Source: Candidatus Sericytochromatia bacterium (lineage in GTDB: Bacteria; Cyanobacteriota; Sericytochromatia; S15B-MN24; JAQBPE01). Taken from it: 64,000 nt of DNA. The notes under the pieces are model-generated. The model saw only the letters and a list, made by a program, of their open reading frames with translations, searched no databases and was not told the origin of the DNA. Each line of letters begins with the position of its first letter. Positions within the stretch are counted from its first letter, which is position 1. The stretch lies in the NCBI GenBank assembly GCA_040400605.1, contig JBBAPZ010000003.1, forward strand, positions 1 through 64,000, read 5' to 3'. Below are positions 28,096 through 40,200 of the stretch, in pieces. The position numbers were made by a program, and so were the translations under genes.

Positions 28096-28461
28096 ATGAA
28101 TACCCTTGCAAGCCTGCTGACTGCCCTGGTTGCGTGCGAGCACATCGGCTTCATGGTTCTGGAATCCTTGCTGTGGCGAAAGCCTGTTGGCCGCAAAGTA
28201 TTTGGTCTGACGCCCGAACGGGCTGAGATGACGGCTGCACTGGCAGCCAATCAAGGGCTGTATAACGGGTTTCTGGCGGCTGGCCTGATTTGGGCCTTGT
28301 GGGAGCAAACGCCTGATTTTGCCCACGCGCTTGCAGTTTTTTTTCTCAGCTGCATGATTGTCGCGGCCGTTTTTGGTGCCTTGACCGTCAAGCGAACCAT
28401 TCTGCTCATTCAAGGACTTCCAGCAACGCTTGCACTCGCGGCCCTACTCCTTGGTAGGTGA
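28096..28461 (+). CDS. DUF1304-family membrane protein
   Basis: LVACEH..LE and LAANQGLYNGFLAAGL motifs. Confidence 0.88.
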   Translation: MNTLASLLTALVACEHIGFMVLESLLWRKPVGRKVFGLTPERAEMTAALAANQGLYNGFLAAGLIWALWEQTPDFAHALAVFFLSCMIVAAVFGALTVKRTILLIQGLPATLALAALLLGR

Positions 28462-28699
28462 GTCCGAGGGCTCATTCGCTAACGCCCGAACAATCAGACC
28501 AACCATCAGATTGACTGATTGTTTGTTAAACGTTTTTAACATTCGGCGGTCCGTGGCACCATCGCGTGATCCTTTTGCGTCACAATGGTGCTGGAGTCAG
28601 GCAGGCCGATCGGTCAATCTGATGGGTGCACGGATGCGGTAGTTTGAATAAAAGCAATGGTGTCGGGGTAGACACCACCTGTACTCGACTGCAAAAGGA

Positions 28700-29578
28700 G
28701 TGACCGTACACAAACTGCCCCTCGCATCCATCGTTGGCATCCTGCTGACCTCACAGGCTTGCAATCCAGATGCCGTGCCCGTGACAGGCCTGGTGAACTT
28801 CAGTAACCTGGATGCTTGCAAGAAACTTTTCATCAAGCTTGATTCCATCGGTGACGACTTTATCAGCAGGGAAGAGTACGTGCAAGGCAAAGACGCGTTG
28901 GCGGAGGCATTCCCGGGACTGACGACCGAAGCGTTGGTGCTCGCACACCTGGAACAACTGGATGCTAACAAAGATGGCCGCTTGAACCCTGACGAATTGT
29001 GCGGCCCGTCGCCCAAACCGACAGCATCGGTCACGCCATCGGACAAGCCGTCTGATAAACCCTCAGACAAGCCGTCAGAAGGTCCAACGCCTTCGGTCAA
29101 GCCTTCCGCTTCAGCAACCCCGACCAATGACTGCGCCCAGAAATTGGCCAGCTTCGATACAAATGGCGATGGGCTTGTGACTGAAGAGGAATACTTCGTC
29201 GGCGTGGGCGGCAACCACGCAAACAAGAGCCAGATTGCGGCGGACTTTAAGACGCTCGACACCAACGCAAATGGCTTCCTGTCGTTTGAGGAGTATTGTC
29301 GGCCGCTGCGCGCAACGGTCAACATATACGATGCAATGACCCCCTTTGGGCCGCAATCCGTCGACATCGTGGCCGACGGGACGGTACAGTTCAAAAACGT
29401 TAACTCGGGCGTGGCCTGGACGATCAGGTCTGTGGGTTCACCGAGTTTTCCGGATGTGCCTTTGCCGACAAGCCCTTTCAATGCGACAACCATCTCACTC
29501 ACCACGCCCAGCACCTACGAGTACAAGATCGACTGCGCGAACCCCATTCAGGTTCGCGGTTTCATCATCGTGCATTAG
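28700..29578 (+). CDS. Putative lipoprotein with four EF-hand-like loops and a cupredoxin-like C-terminal domain
   Basis: SQAC; loops DSIGDDFISREE, DANKDGRLNPDE, DTNGDGLVTEEE, DTNANGFLSFEE; PSDK repeats; FGPQSVDI..GTVQFKN..STYEY. Confidence 0.8.
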   Translation: MTVHKLPLASIVGILLTSQACNPDAVPVTGLVNFSNLDACKKLFIKLDSIGDDFISREEYVQGKDALAEAFPGLTTEALVLAHLEQLDANKDGRLNPDELCGPSPKPTASVTPSDKPSDKPSDKPSEGPTPSVKPSASATPTNDCAQKLASFDTNGDGLVTEEEYFVGVGGNHANKSQIAADFKTLDTNANGFLSFEEYCRPLRATVNIYDAMTPFGPQSVDIVADGTVQFKNVNSGVAWTIRSVGSPSFPDVPLPTSPFNATTISLTTPSTYEYKIDCANPIQVRGFIIVH

Positions 29579-29600
29579 GACTGTCCGAAGCGGAAGCTAA

Positions 29601-29626
29601 AAACGGCCTCAGCGCTGAGGCCGTTT
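29601..29626. terminator. Perfect palindrome between convergent genes (likely bidirectional terminator)
   Basis: AAACGGCCTCAGCGCTGAGGCCGTTT. Confidence 0.75.
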
Positions 29627-29726
29627 GGCGTCTTGATTTGATTTCAGGGGTGACTACGCGGCAGTTAGGGGAACTGTTCGATGCGGGCACAAGCACCGAC
29701 TGCCTGTCATGGAATCGTCACGTGCT

Positions 29727-30548
29727 TCACAGCCTGACAATGGGTGAGACGCGCCGGCCAGTGATCGGACGGCCATCCCAGACGCGCTCGGATGTTACCC
29801 GCACGGCTTCGAGAATCGGATCATCCAGCATGCGTTCAAAGTTGGTGGTGATGACATCACCAAGTCCATGTTTCGCTTTAAGGTAACCCAGTGACGGCTG
29901 CATGGTAGTCGGATTGCTTGACACGTTGTGGTCGCCAAATGCGTAATAGACACTGGCCAGGGGCACGCGCCGGATGCGGTTTGCCGCAGCCACGCGCAGC
30001 ACCCAGTCCCAGTCTTGGTAACAACTACGCAAGGTTTCATCGAAAAGGCCCAGCTCATCATGCAAGCGCCGGCGATACAACACACCTGATGGTGTAAAGG
30101 TCAAGTATTGCCTGAGCATGTCGGGGTCAAAGCGATGCGCGAGAAGGCGGCGTTGCGTGGGCACGCGAGTCCCTGATTCCATAGAAAAGCGATAGACCTC
30201 CGCATCGGCAAAAACAAGGTCCGCATCAGCGATCGCCTGCTGCATCCTCTCAAGATGCCCTTCCCAGAGCCGATCATCATTATCCAGCAGCAGCAGGCGA
30301 GTTCCACGAGCCAGACCCACCGCCTGATTCAGGCAAGCGGTCTGCCCCGCATTGGTAGCACGCTCATGCAACGTGATGCTCAAATCAGGATACAAAGCGC
30401 AGATATCCCCCAACGGGCAACCCGCATCATTGACGATGACGACCTCAAAATCCCGAAACGTCTGATCAGCCAGCGACGTCAACAATTCATCCAAGGCCTC
30501 CGGCTGATTGAAAGCCGTGACAAGCACCGAAATCAATGGCGCAGCCAT
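29727..30548 (-). CDS. Glycosyltransferase family 2
   Basis: ISVLVTAFNQ, EVVIVNDA, LLDNDD and QDWDW motifs. Confidence 0.92.
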   Translation of the reverse strand: MAAPLISVLVTAFNQPEALDELLTSLADQTFRDFEVVIVNDAGCPLGDICALYPDLSITLHERATNAGQTACLNQAVGLARGTRLLLLDNDDRLWEGHLERMQQAIADADLVFADAEVYRFSMESGTRVPTQRRLLAHRFDPDMLRQYLTFTPSGVLYRRRLHDELGLFDETLRSCYQDWDWVLRVAAANRIRRVPLASVYYAFGDHNVSSNPTTMQPSLGYLKAKHGLGDVITTNFERMLDDPILEAVRVTSERVWDGRPITGRRVSPIVRL

Positions 30549-30867
30549 ATCGTCACTCCTCCTATCCGATTCAAGGTCGGCAGCCGGTCACGCCTGTTAC
30601 AGCCCCCCGCAAACTCAATCATCCAACGTGTTTACCCCACTGGCAAGTTTTTGACCGCTGGCATCGCGCGATCACCTTAAGACCACGCAATGGTCCCACC
30701 GACCGCCGAATGTTACTGACATTTAACAAACAGTCAGTCAATCTGATGGATGGCATCAGGAACTGCCGCGATCACATCAATTGCCGTGCTGGTCCCGTAA
30801 CGCCTTCACACATCAACACGCGTGATCTGGCGGTCTTGGCCCCTTGTGACTGCCGTGCCATTGTGGG

Positions 30868-33800
30868 ATGTGCAACAGGCATACCCTTGACCCATTTTCA
30901 ACGCCAGATTGCCATGCGATGCCCGAATCCGGGTATAGTGCTCACACTATGTCTGAAACCGGGTGTCAGTCACTTCCCAGCATCAGCCCGAGCGCCCCTT
31001 CGGTATGGGTGAGGCGTGAATTCGAGCGATGGCGCGATGCCGAGCCCCGTGCCCGCTTGTTGCTGGCTGGGCCTGGTTTTGGCAAGACGCAAAGTGCACG
31101 TGCGATCGCCGAAGCACACGCGCGAGACAAAGCCTCAGCGATCGCCTGGTTGAGCCTGCGCCCGCAAGACGCTTCGCACGTGGCACTCGCCGATGCCATG
31201 CAAGCCGCATTGATCGCATCGAATTCTTCTGCCCCTGCGCAAGACGCGCTGTTGGGTGCCTGTGACGCGCTGCGCACGGCCACTGCGGATCTATGGCAAC
31301 CGTTTTGGATGGTTTTGGGCACGCTTCCGACACGCCTGGTGTTGGTTTTGGATGATCTCCACACGATTCAAGAAATCGTGGGCGAGCATTTCTGGTCCTC
31401 GCTGGTGTGGATTCCCGATACCGTCCGATTGGTACTGACTGCGCGAGAAAGGCCGGACGCACCACTTGCGAGGATGCAGGCAAACAATCAACTGCGGGTG
31501 ATTACCGGCGCGTCGTTGCGTTTTCGCGACGAAGAGATTCGCGAACTGATCCAGCACGTGGCGCCCGGCCGCATGGGCGATCGCACCTGGTGGCGCACCG
31601 TTGGCCACTTGAATGGCTGGCCGCTGGGTGTAACCTACCTCGCAATCACCCCAGACGAGCCCGCTGCCACCACAAACGTTGGCCCCACCTTGCCCGCAGC
31701 GCTGGCAAGCTATATTGAGGAGGAATGCCTATTTGTGCTGTCCCCTCAAGAACGGGAAGCATTGCCAGCCTTGGCATTACTTGAGGAATGTCAGTCAAAT
31801 GCGTGGCAAGCCGTGGTACCCACGCATCGGGGCGACTGGTTGCGGCGGCTCGGGAACCTTGGTTTGCTCGACACGGACACCGTGCCTTGGGTTTTGTTTT
31901 CACACCTCAAACACCACCTGCTCCTGGCTGGCAAGCGACTCATCCCGGCAAACACACGGCTCGCTTTACACGCGACCTTGGCTGACCATTACCTGGCAGC
32001 CGAACAAATCCAACTCGCGTTGCCCCACCTGGCAGCAGCCCGCCGCTACGACGAACTCGCGCAATTTTGCGAGCAGTGCTTTCCTTTGATGTACACTGCC
32101 GGCCGCGAAGCGCAAATGACCGAATGGTTGCGCCAGTTACCGCGTGAACTGGTGCAGGCCCGTCCCGCTTTGGCGTACTGGGCTGCAATGGTCCCAGGTC
32201 GTCGTGAGCACCGCGCGCCCGATGTGTGGGATGAGGCACGTGCAATCTGTCAACGGATGGGCGATCTTGACACGGAACGTTGGGTGTTGCTCGCAAGCCT
32301 ACGAGAGGCCCTTTGGCCTCCGACAGCCACAGATTTAAGCGATTGCATGAGTGCCTTTGAAAACCTGGCGGATGGGGCCACGATTCCTCAACAGGCGCAA
32401 TGGAAGCTCATCCAGGCGCAACTCGCGGTGCGACAACACGGTGACTGGGAAACCCGACGTCATGTCAGTGACCAAATCCTGACGATGACGTCGGATGGCG
32501 ATCCCCGCCTGGCCTTTACACAGGTCGAAGCCGCTTTTGAACTGACACGCTACTGGCTGATGCGGGGTGATTGGGCCATGGCCACGCAATGTGCCAATCA
32601 TGGGGCGGAGACGGCGCGCACGTGGAACTTTCCGAAACTGACCGTGATTGGGCGTTTTATCTGCGCCGAGGTCTTGATGCACGCCGGACGCGAAGACGAG
32701 GCAGCTGCCCTCGTGCAACATTTACCCGTTGACTGGAGTCAGTCACTCGCTTGGCAACACGTGGCAGATGCGTACCGGGTGCTCGGATGGATCACCGCCT
32801 CTGACACGCCAGACAAAACCGGTGAAGCGCTTTTGCTGCGTTCGCTTGGCATCTACTCACGCCACGGCGAAACTGATGGGATGAAACTGGCTTTGAGCCA
32901 CTGGCTGACCACCCTGCACAAACACGGTCAAAGCGCCCGAGCCGAACAAATCATCATCAATTGGCCAACCCGGACCAAAGAGGGGTACCACAACGCACGG
33001 TTGATACAGGCACGGGCCCTCAACCTCACGGCAATGGGGCATCATCAACAGGCATTGGCCCTCATCACGCCCATCAAGGCAGAACTGCAGCGGCTTGAAG
33101 CCGGTTGGGCACTGTTTGAGCACCAGCTCATCGAAGCCGTACTGCATGAACAACTGGGGCAACGGGAAACGGTCCGCTCACTCATCCGGCAAGCCCACGC
33201 CATCGCCGAGAATTTGGGTTATCAAGGCTTCTTAAAAACACCGCCTGGGTGGCTTGCCCCCATCGTGCCACTGCTCTCCGACACAAGCGCTGCACTGGTC
33301 ACAGTGCCCGATGCGTCACAAGGGTTGCCCGCCCCGGTTACCCACACGCAGGGTTTAAGCGTACGCCTGTTTGGGGGCTTTGAAGTGCGGCGAAATGGGG
33401 ATTTAATCACCGAATGGCCCCGTCGCAAAGCACAACTGGTGCTTGCAGGATTGATTCTCTATCCGCGGGGTCTGATGCTTTTGGAGCTGGCCGAACGCCT
33501 CGGGCGTGACGAAGGGGGTGGCAGTGTCACCACCACCAAAGTGGCCGTGTCCGCCCTGCGACGGGTGCTGGAGCCAGATGCCCCCGATGGTGTCACCAAC
33601 TGGCGTGTCATCACCCGCGAGGGCGAACGCTACAAACTCGAACCAACGGAATTGACCCATTGCGACGTGCTGGAGTTTGAGAATCACCTCAATCAAGGTG
33701 ACAGGCTCTGGCAATCAAGCCCGCAACAAGCGGCACACCACGTCGAACAGGCTGTGAACCTTTATACCGGTCATTTATTGGACCAACCGGCCCACGAGCG

Positions 33801-34104
33801 CTACTTCATCGAAGAGCGCGAGGCGTTTCGCCAACGCGCACACGGCGCATTTTTGCGCTTGGCGCATTTTTATAGTGAACGAAACGATCACCGTGAAGCG
33901 GAACGCATCCTCGAACAGGCGGCACCGTTGTGGCCAGCGGATGAAGACGTGGCCGGCGCCCTGATGGTGCTTTTTCACCGTCAGGGACTGCATGATCGCC
34001 TCCGCATGACCTACTGGGATTGCCGCAAAGCACTCAAATCCATTCTGAACCGGACACCGGGCGACGAGTTCGAAACCTTGTATCGACGCCTGCAAGCACC
34101 CTGA
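30868..34104 (+). CDS. MalT-like NTPase/TPR protein with C-terminal winged-helix and BTAD (SARP-type) activator domain
   Basis: AGPGFGKT, LVLVLDDLH, GWPLG; C-terminal VRLFGGFEV..VSALRRVLEP..DVLEF..LYTG; true start may be 30949. Confidence 0.85.
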   Translation: MCNRHTLDPFSTPDCHAMPESGYSAHTMSETGCQSLPSISPSAPSVWVRREFERWRDAEPRARLLLAGPGFGKTQSARAIAEAHARDKASAIAWLSLRPQDASHVALADAMQAALIASNSSAPAQDALLGACDALRTATADLWQPFWMVLGTLPTRLVLVLDDLHTIQEIVGEHFWSSLVWIPDTVRLVLTARERPDAPLARMQANNQLRVITGASLRFRDEEIRELIQHVAPGRMGDRTWWRTVGHLNGWPLGVTYLAITPDEPAATTNVGPTLPAALASYIEEECLFVLSPQEREALPALALLEECQSNAWQAVVPTHRGDWLRRLGNLGLLDTDTVPWVLFSHLKHHLLLAGKRLIPANTRLALHATLADHYLAAEQIQLALPHLAAARRYDELAQFCEQCFPLMYTAGREAQMTEWLRQLPRELVQARPALAYWAAMVPGRREHRAPDVWDEARAICQRMGDLDTERWVLLASLREALWPPTATDLSDCMSAFENLADGATIPQQAQWKLIQAQLAVRQHGDWETRRHVSDQILTMTSDGDPRLAFTQVEAAFELTRYWLMRGDWAMATQCANHGAETARTWNFPKLTVIGRFICAEVLMHAGREDEAAALVQHLPVDWSQSLAWQHVADAYRVLGWITASDTPDKTGEALLLRSLGIYSRHGETDGMKLALSHWLTTLHKHGQSARAEQIIINWPTRTKEGYHNARLIQARALNLTAMGHHQQALALITPIKAELQRLEAGWALFEHQLIEAVLHEQLGQRETVRSLIRQAHAIAENLGYQGFLKTPPGWLAPIVPLLSDTSAALVTVPDASQGLPAPVTHTQGLSVRLFGGFEVRRNGDLITEWPRRKAQLVLAGLILYPRGLMLLELAERLGRDEGGGSVTTTKVAVSALRRVLEPDAPDGVTNWRVITREGERYKLEPTELTHCDVLEFENHLNQGDRLWQSSPQQAAHHVEQAVNLYTGHLLDQPAHERYFIEEREAFRQRAHGAFLRLAHFYSERNDHREAERILEQAAPLWPADEDVAGALMVLFHRQGLHDRLRMTYWDCRKALKSILNRTPGDEFETLYRRLQAP

Positions 34105-34390
34105 GCCGGCATCGCGGCCCTGATGGGCCCCGTCACGACGATGCAGCGCGGTTTTGACAGAATTGGCTCACTCCCGTGTTGTCTTATTGGCGATTCTGGC
34201 CAAAAATGACCCCGTCATCGTAACGATGTATCGCCATCCGGATAGCGCGGCATCACAAACCATCTGTCCCGGACGCACACTAGGAGGCGTGCGCTCACTG
34301 AACCAGCAAAGCAAGTCTTAAGACGGTTTTCGGTGATTGCCAAGACTTGCTGGCGTGATGGCTTGCATCGTTTGAAACGGAAAGGGGTGA

Positions 34391-35668
34391 ATGATGTTCC
34401 GAAATCGGACCCGTCCCATGGTTGGGCTTGCTGTTTTTGCGCTACTGGCCGTTGGCTGTCAAGGGCAAAACGTGTCAGCACCGACACGACAACTGCTCAA
34501 CGTGAAAGAAGAAGCCCAACCGGTGAGCCAGGAAGCAGCGCAAGCCGAGGCCATGGCCATTCCCATTCTCGGGGCCGCGAAACTGACAGCGGCGCAACAG
34601 CGTTTGATCAAAGGCCTCATTTTGCGGCATCGCGTCGAGACGTTGACCGATAAAATGAAACCGGTGACCCAAACCTTATCCCGCATTCTCAGTGAAGAAA
34701 AAGTTGACAGCCAAAAGCTGCGCGAAGCCCTGGCCGAATGCCAAGCCATTCACAATCAGGTCATGCTGTCCCATATTCCTTTAATGGGGGCTGTGCGCGG
34801 TATCTTGAGTCCAAACCAGCAATTGGCCGTGGCCAATGCCTTGCTCGCAAGCGTTGACAAACCCGGCGTTCAAGCGGAGGTTCCTGCGACAAGTGAGGCC
34901 CAGTCCTTGCCGGCAATGGGCGAGCGCCTGGTACTCACCCCCACGCAGAAAGTCCTGTTTGCCAATCTGAAAGACATGTCCGCACTGACCGGCACGTTAA
35001 GGCAAGCGATCGCCACATTTATGGTCAACGGGGACGACAATGCCCTCAGGCAAGCCATCCTCAATGACCCAGAACGCCAAGTTCGCCTCGATGCCATGGC
35101 AGCAGCCCTTGAGAGCCTGACCGCGGCACAACGACAAATCTTGCTGGGCTCCCGTCTGGCAAGCGTGGATGCGGAGCCATCGGGTGAAAAAAGTGCTGAA
35201 AAACCCGCCGAATCCATTGCAACGAGCGAGTCCGAGGGCTCAGCCACACCCAGCGCCTACCAACTGTCACGACACGGTGGCGCCACCGTGCGTCGCGGGG
35301 GAGGATACGGTGGCGGTTATCGGGGGCACGGCGGTCAACGTGGTCGTATCGGTCACCGCGGGCATGGTAGACACCATCGCGGGAATCGTGGCTGGGGCGG
35401 CTACTGGGGCAGCGGTTACTGGGCGGGCGCCGGGGTGGACCCGTTCTGGTGGGGTACCTTGCCTTATGTATCAAGCCGCTACTTGTTTTTAGGGGGCATG
35501 TACTACCCGTTTTACATCAATCAGGGCCTGTATTATCCGGATCTCAGCAGTCCCTACCAACGCCTGGGTGGTCAGTTCATGCCCGTTTATCAAGCGGTTG
35601 ATGCTCCCACTGATTTGCCAACATCAATCGCACCCGCGCAAGCGGTGGTTGTCGCTGCCGAGCAGTAA
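34391..35668 (+). CDS. Lipoprotein with Spy/CpxP-like helical region and Gly/Arg- then Tyr-rich tail
   Basis: Lipobox AVGC; LTAAQQ/LSPNQQ/LTPTQK/LTAAQR motifs; RGG-rich then YYPF tail. Confidence 0.75.
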   Translation: MMFRNRTRPMVGLAVFALLAVGCQGQNVSAPTRQLLNVKEEAQPVSQEAAQAEAMAIPILGAAKLTAAQQRLIKGLILRHRVETLTDKMKPVTQTLSRILSEEKVDSQKLREALAECQAIHNQVMLSHIPLMGAVRGILSPNQQLAVANALLASVDKPGVQAEVPATSEAQSLPAMGERLVLTPTQKVLFANLKDMSALTGTLRQAIATFMVNGDDNALRQAILNDPERQVRLDAMAAALESLTAAQRQILLGSRLASVDAEPSGEKSAEKPAESIATSESEGSATPSAYQLSRHGGATVRRGGGYGGGYRGHGGQRGRIGHRGHGRHHRGNRGWGGYWGSGYWAGAGVDPFWWGTLPYVSSRYLFLGGMYYPFYINQGLYYPDLSSPYQRLGGQFMPVYQAVDAPTDLPTSIAPAQAVVVAAEQ

Positions 35669-36002
35669 CAGCGTTCGGATAATTTAACGGGGTGAACGCC
35701 AAGCGTGGCGTCAATCACCGCTAAAGTTGGCACCCACGATTTCGTTCACGCCATCTCAAGCGGCATCCCGGCGATCAGGTGATCGCCGGGATGCCGCATC
35801 CGATTTCGAAGGCCAATCACGTCACACCACTCAAGCAGATGCCTTACCCCGTCACGCACCCTTTCGCAGCACGAAACCCTGACACTGAAGGCGATAACAT
35901 AGTCAAGAACAAGTGGTTCCGATTTTCAGGCGATCGCCATGAAAACACGCAGCCCAACGGGATGTCAGACAGTCTTGGATTTGATGCTGTGTCAAACAGG
36001 TT

Positions 36003-37253
36003 TCACAGTGAGAGGGCGCCTGTCTGGCGATACACACTTTCACCGTGATGATGAATATCCAGACCTTCCACTTCAACGTCGTGTGTCACGCGTAAACGAA
36101 CAGTTGCATCCAGGATTTTAAGCAACACATAACTGCCCAGCGCAGCATAGCTTGCGACCGCCAGGACAGCCAGCAATTGAATCCCCAACAAAGACGCATT
36201 GCCCGCCAAAAGCCCCTCAGCACCGGCTGGGTTGAGGGCTTTGCTCGCGAAAATGCCTGTGGCGATCGCCCCAAGCACACCCCCCACACCGTGTATCGAA
36301 AAAGCATCCAGCGAATCATCCAACCGCCGCGAACGATTCAGCCAAGCCGCTGCCACATAACAACTCAATGCGGACACAGCACCAATAAGCAACGCAGCCA
36401 GCGGACTCACATAACCAGCCGCAGGCGTCACGGCAACCAATCCCGCCACCGCACCATTGGCCCCACCCACCACGCTGACCTTGCCAGCGCGTGAACCATC
36501 CACCAGCATCCAGGCACAGGCACCGGCCGCGGCAGCCGTGTTGGTCGTGACAAACGCCAAGGCTGCAATCGCATTGGCACCCAACGCACTGCCGGCATTG
36601 AAACCGAACCAACCAAACCAGAGCAAAGCCCCACCAAGCAAAACAAAGGGCACATTGGTACCCTGCAAAACCCGTTCAAAACGATGCTGCCGCGGCCCCA
36701 GGATCAAGGCCGCCACCAAAGCGGACACCCCGGCAGAAATATGCACAACCGTGCCACCCGCAAAATCGAGCGCACCCAAATTGCGCAACCAACCACCCTC
36801 GCCCCATACCCAGTGCGCTATCGGCGCATAAATCGTCAAAGACCACAGCAGCGTGAACCACACATATCCCTTGAAAGACATCCGCTCAACGATCGCCCCC
36901 GAAATCAAGGCGGGCGTGATCATCGCAAACACACTCTGAAACGCCACAAAAGCCAAATGCGGCACATTGCTCGCATAAGCAGACTGGGTTTGCGTCAAAA
37001 TGCCCTGCAAGCCAAACCATTGTCCCGAACCAATCACCGCCGACAAGGGCCCCGTGTTCGGCGCAAAAGCCAGGCTGTAACCCAACAGCACCCACGTCAC
37101 ACCCACCACCGCCATGGCGATGAAACTCATCATCAAGGTGTTCAAAACATTGCGACCACGCACCATCCCACCGTAAAAAAAACCAAGCCCGGGGGTCATC
37201 AGCAACACCAACGCGCTACAAAGCAGAACAAAAGCCGTATCACCCGTGTTCAC
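36003..37253 (-). CDS. amtB: Ammonium transporter
   Basis: LMTPGLGFFYGGMVR, DFAGGTVVHI, WFGWFGFNAGS and DDSLDAFSIHG motifs. Confidence 0.97.
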   Translation of the reverse strand: MNTGDTAFVLLCSALVLLMTPGLGFFYGGMVRGRNVLNTLMMSFIAMAVVGVTWVLLGYSLAFAPNTGPLSAVIGSGQWFGLQGILTQTQSAYASNVPHLAFVAFQSVFAMITPALISGAIVERMSFKGYVWFTLLWSLTIYAPIAHWVWGEGGWLRNLGALDFAGGTVVHISAGVSALVAALILGPRQHRFERVLQGTNVPFVLLGGALLWFGWFGFNAGSALGANAIAALAFVTTNTAAAAGACAWMLVDGSRAGKVSVVGGANGAVAGLVAVTPAAGYVSPLAALLIGAVSALSCYVAAAWLNRSRRLDDSLDAFSIHGVGGVLGAIATGIFASKALNPAGAEGLLAGNASLLGIQLLAVLAVASYAALGSYVLLKILDATVRLRVTHDVEVEGLDIHHHGESVYRQTGALSL

Positions 37254-37267
37254 GTTTACAATTCTCC

Positions 37268-40200
37268 TTAGCTATTGACTGACACCACACCAGCTTCTGG
37301 TGCACGAACCGGCATTGGCTCACGCGGTGGGTGAGGCTGCACGTGCAAGACCTGTTCCCGGCAACGGTCCCATTGCGCCAGAATCGCGCTTGCGAAAGCA
37401 CTTCCCGTCAAGTCCACGTGCGTCTGCAAGAGCGTCAAAACCGCCAACTCGTTCCCGGAATCCAAACGTTTGGCAACCACCGTGTCCTGGTTCAAGGCGG
37501 CAGCCAAACTCCCTTCAGGATCGTAGACATAAAGATCCCCACCCGTCATCCCTGCGGCGAGATTCGCACCCACCGACCCGAGGATCAAAACCGTGCCCCC
37601 GGTCATGTATTCACACGCGTGATGCCCCACTCCCTCAATGACAGCGATCGCCCCCGCATTGCGCACGGCAAAACGCTGTCCCGCACAGCCTGCCGCATAC
37701 AACGCCCCCCCGGTGGCACCATACAAAACCGTATTGCCAACAATCGCCTGCGGTCGCTCCGTTTGACGGTCCGGACGGATCACAAGCAATCCCCCGGCCA
37801 ACCCCTTGCCCACATAATCATTCGCCTCACCCACCAGACACAGGTGCAACCCACTGACACCAAAGGCACCAAATGATTGCCCCGCAACCCCCTGAAAATG
37901 CAGATGAATCGGCTTCGGTGAACCCGTTTCACCGTGGCGACGCGTGATCACCCCCGCCACAGCCGTACCCACTGCGCGATCCATATTATGAATCGGATAA
38001 TGCCCAACGAAGGGCTGCATCGCATCCAATGCCCCCGCCACATCCGCAAGCAGACGGGCGGAAAGGGTGTTTGAATCACTTGTATGCGGCGACACCGAGT
38101 GAACCATTGGCGCCGGTCGAACCAGCAAGGGCCCCAGATCCAAGGTGTGGCCCCGTGGGTGCGCAATCGGTGTCGTGTGCAAACAATCTGTCCGACCAAC
38201 CGCTGCTTCAAGCGATTCAAACCCCAATTCACCGAGGTTTTCGCGCACATCGTCAGCCACACCGATCAAGTAAGCAACAATATTCTCCGGCGTACCCTTG
38301 AAACGTGCACGCAACCGTTCATCCTGCGTGGCGATGCCCACCGGACAATTATTTTGGTGGCATTGCCGGGCCATCACGCAGCCGGCAGCAATCAACAAAG
38401 GCGTGCCAAAACCAAATTCATCTGCTCCCAACAAGGTCGCAATCACCACATCCTTGCCTGTCTTCAAACCACCATCCACACGCAGTCGCACCCGTGCACG
38501 CAAACCATTCATCAAGAGGGTTTGCTGCACTTCCGCAAGGCCCAATTCCCATGGCAAACCCGCATAACGCAACGAACCAAGGGGTGAAGCCCCCGTCCCC
38601 CCGTCATGCCCACTGATGTGAATCACGTCGGCACCCGCTTTGACAACGCCTGCTGCAATGGTACCGATACCGAGACTCGCAACCAGTTTAACCGCGATTC
38701 GCGCCAACGGATGCAAGGTTTTCAGGTCGTGAATCAATTGCGCGAGATCCTCGATGGAATAGATGTCATGATGCGGTGGCGGTGAGATGAGCGGTGTCCC
38801 CACCCGCGCGCGACGCAGGCGCGCAATCTCCGCATTGACCTTGAACCCCGGCAACTGCCCACCTTCTCCCGGCTTGGCGCCTTGGGCAATCTTGATTTCA
38901 ATTTCATCCGCACTCAGCAAATAATGCGGTGTTACGCCAAAACGACCTGCTGCGATCTGTTTGATGGTTGAATTGGCACAGTCCCCGTTGGCGTCGGGCT
39001 TGAAACGCGCTGCATCTTCGCCCCCTTCACCGGAATTGCTGCGCGCCCCGAGGCGGTTCATCGCAATGGCAATCACTTGATGCGCCTCACGCGACAGCGC
39101 GCCGAGGGACATCGCCGAAGCCACGAAGCGCCTGGCGATCGCCCCGGCCGATTCCACCTGCTCCAAATCCACCGGCGCTTGCGTCGAACAGAGGCTCAAA
39201 CCATCGCGCAAGACCCAGGCACGCGCTTCAACCGCAACCACCGGTCGCACCCGGTCAAGCTGCGATGCACGGGCCTGTTGCTGAATCGCCTTGAACACAG
39301 CAGGGCTATTGTGATGCGGCTCGCCCCCCACACGGTAACGAAAGTGGCCCTGATCCGCTAACACGGCATCACCCGACGCATCAAAGGCACCCACATGCCG
39401 CATCAGGCAATCATCCACCAATTCAGCTAACCCGATTCCCCCGATCGGCGATCGCAACCCCCGAAAATAACGCCCAAGAAACGCACCGCTCAAACCCACG
39501 GCATCAAACAAGGCAGCACCCTGGTAACTTCGGAGGGTGCCAATCCCCATTTTGGCCATGATTTTTTTGAGTCCCGCCTCCAACGCCCGCTGATAATTCC
39601 GCTGGGCCATCACCCCGTTCAAGCCAAGACCAGGTGCCAACGCCGCCACCGTGCGCAACGCCACATGCGGCAGCACCGCTGTTGCTCCAAAACCCAGCAG
39701 CAACGCCAGATGGTGATCCTCAATCACATCACCAGCCGCAACAATCAAGCCAACCTTCCCTCGGAAACCCGCCTCAACCAAGGCCATGTCCACATAGGAT
39801 GTCACAAGTAACGCAGGGATTGCCACGCGTGCCGGCGCGATCGCCCGATCCGAAAGAATCAGGACCCGCACCCCCGCCCTTGCCAAGCGCACCGCTTCAT
39901 CGGCCAGGTCAGCCAATCGCCGCTCAAACCCCGCCGCCTGTTCCATCACATCACACGTGGCATCCAGCCATGCATGCGCACTCACCCGTGCCTGAATCAA
40001 TGCCAAGGTCTCCTCTTGCAGGACAGGCGATGACAACCCCAAAAACCCGTCTGCATGCGCCACTGCAACATCCAGGTTCATCATCACCGCCTCACGTAAC
40101 GCATCAATGGGCGGGTTGGTGACCTGAGCGAAACGCTGTTTGAAATAGTGATACAACGTGCGCGGGCGACGCGCCAACAAAGCAATCGATGTGTCATCTC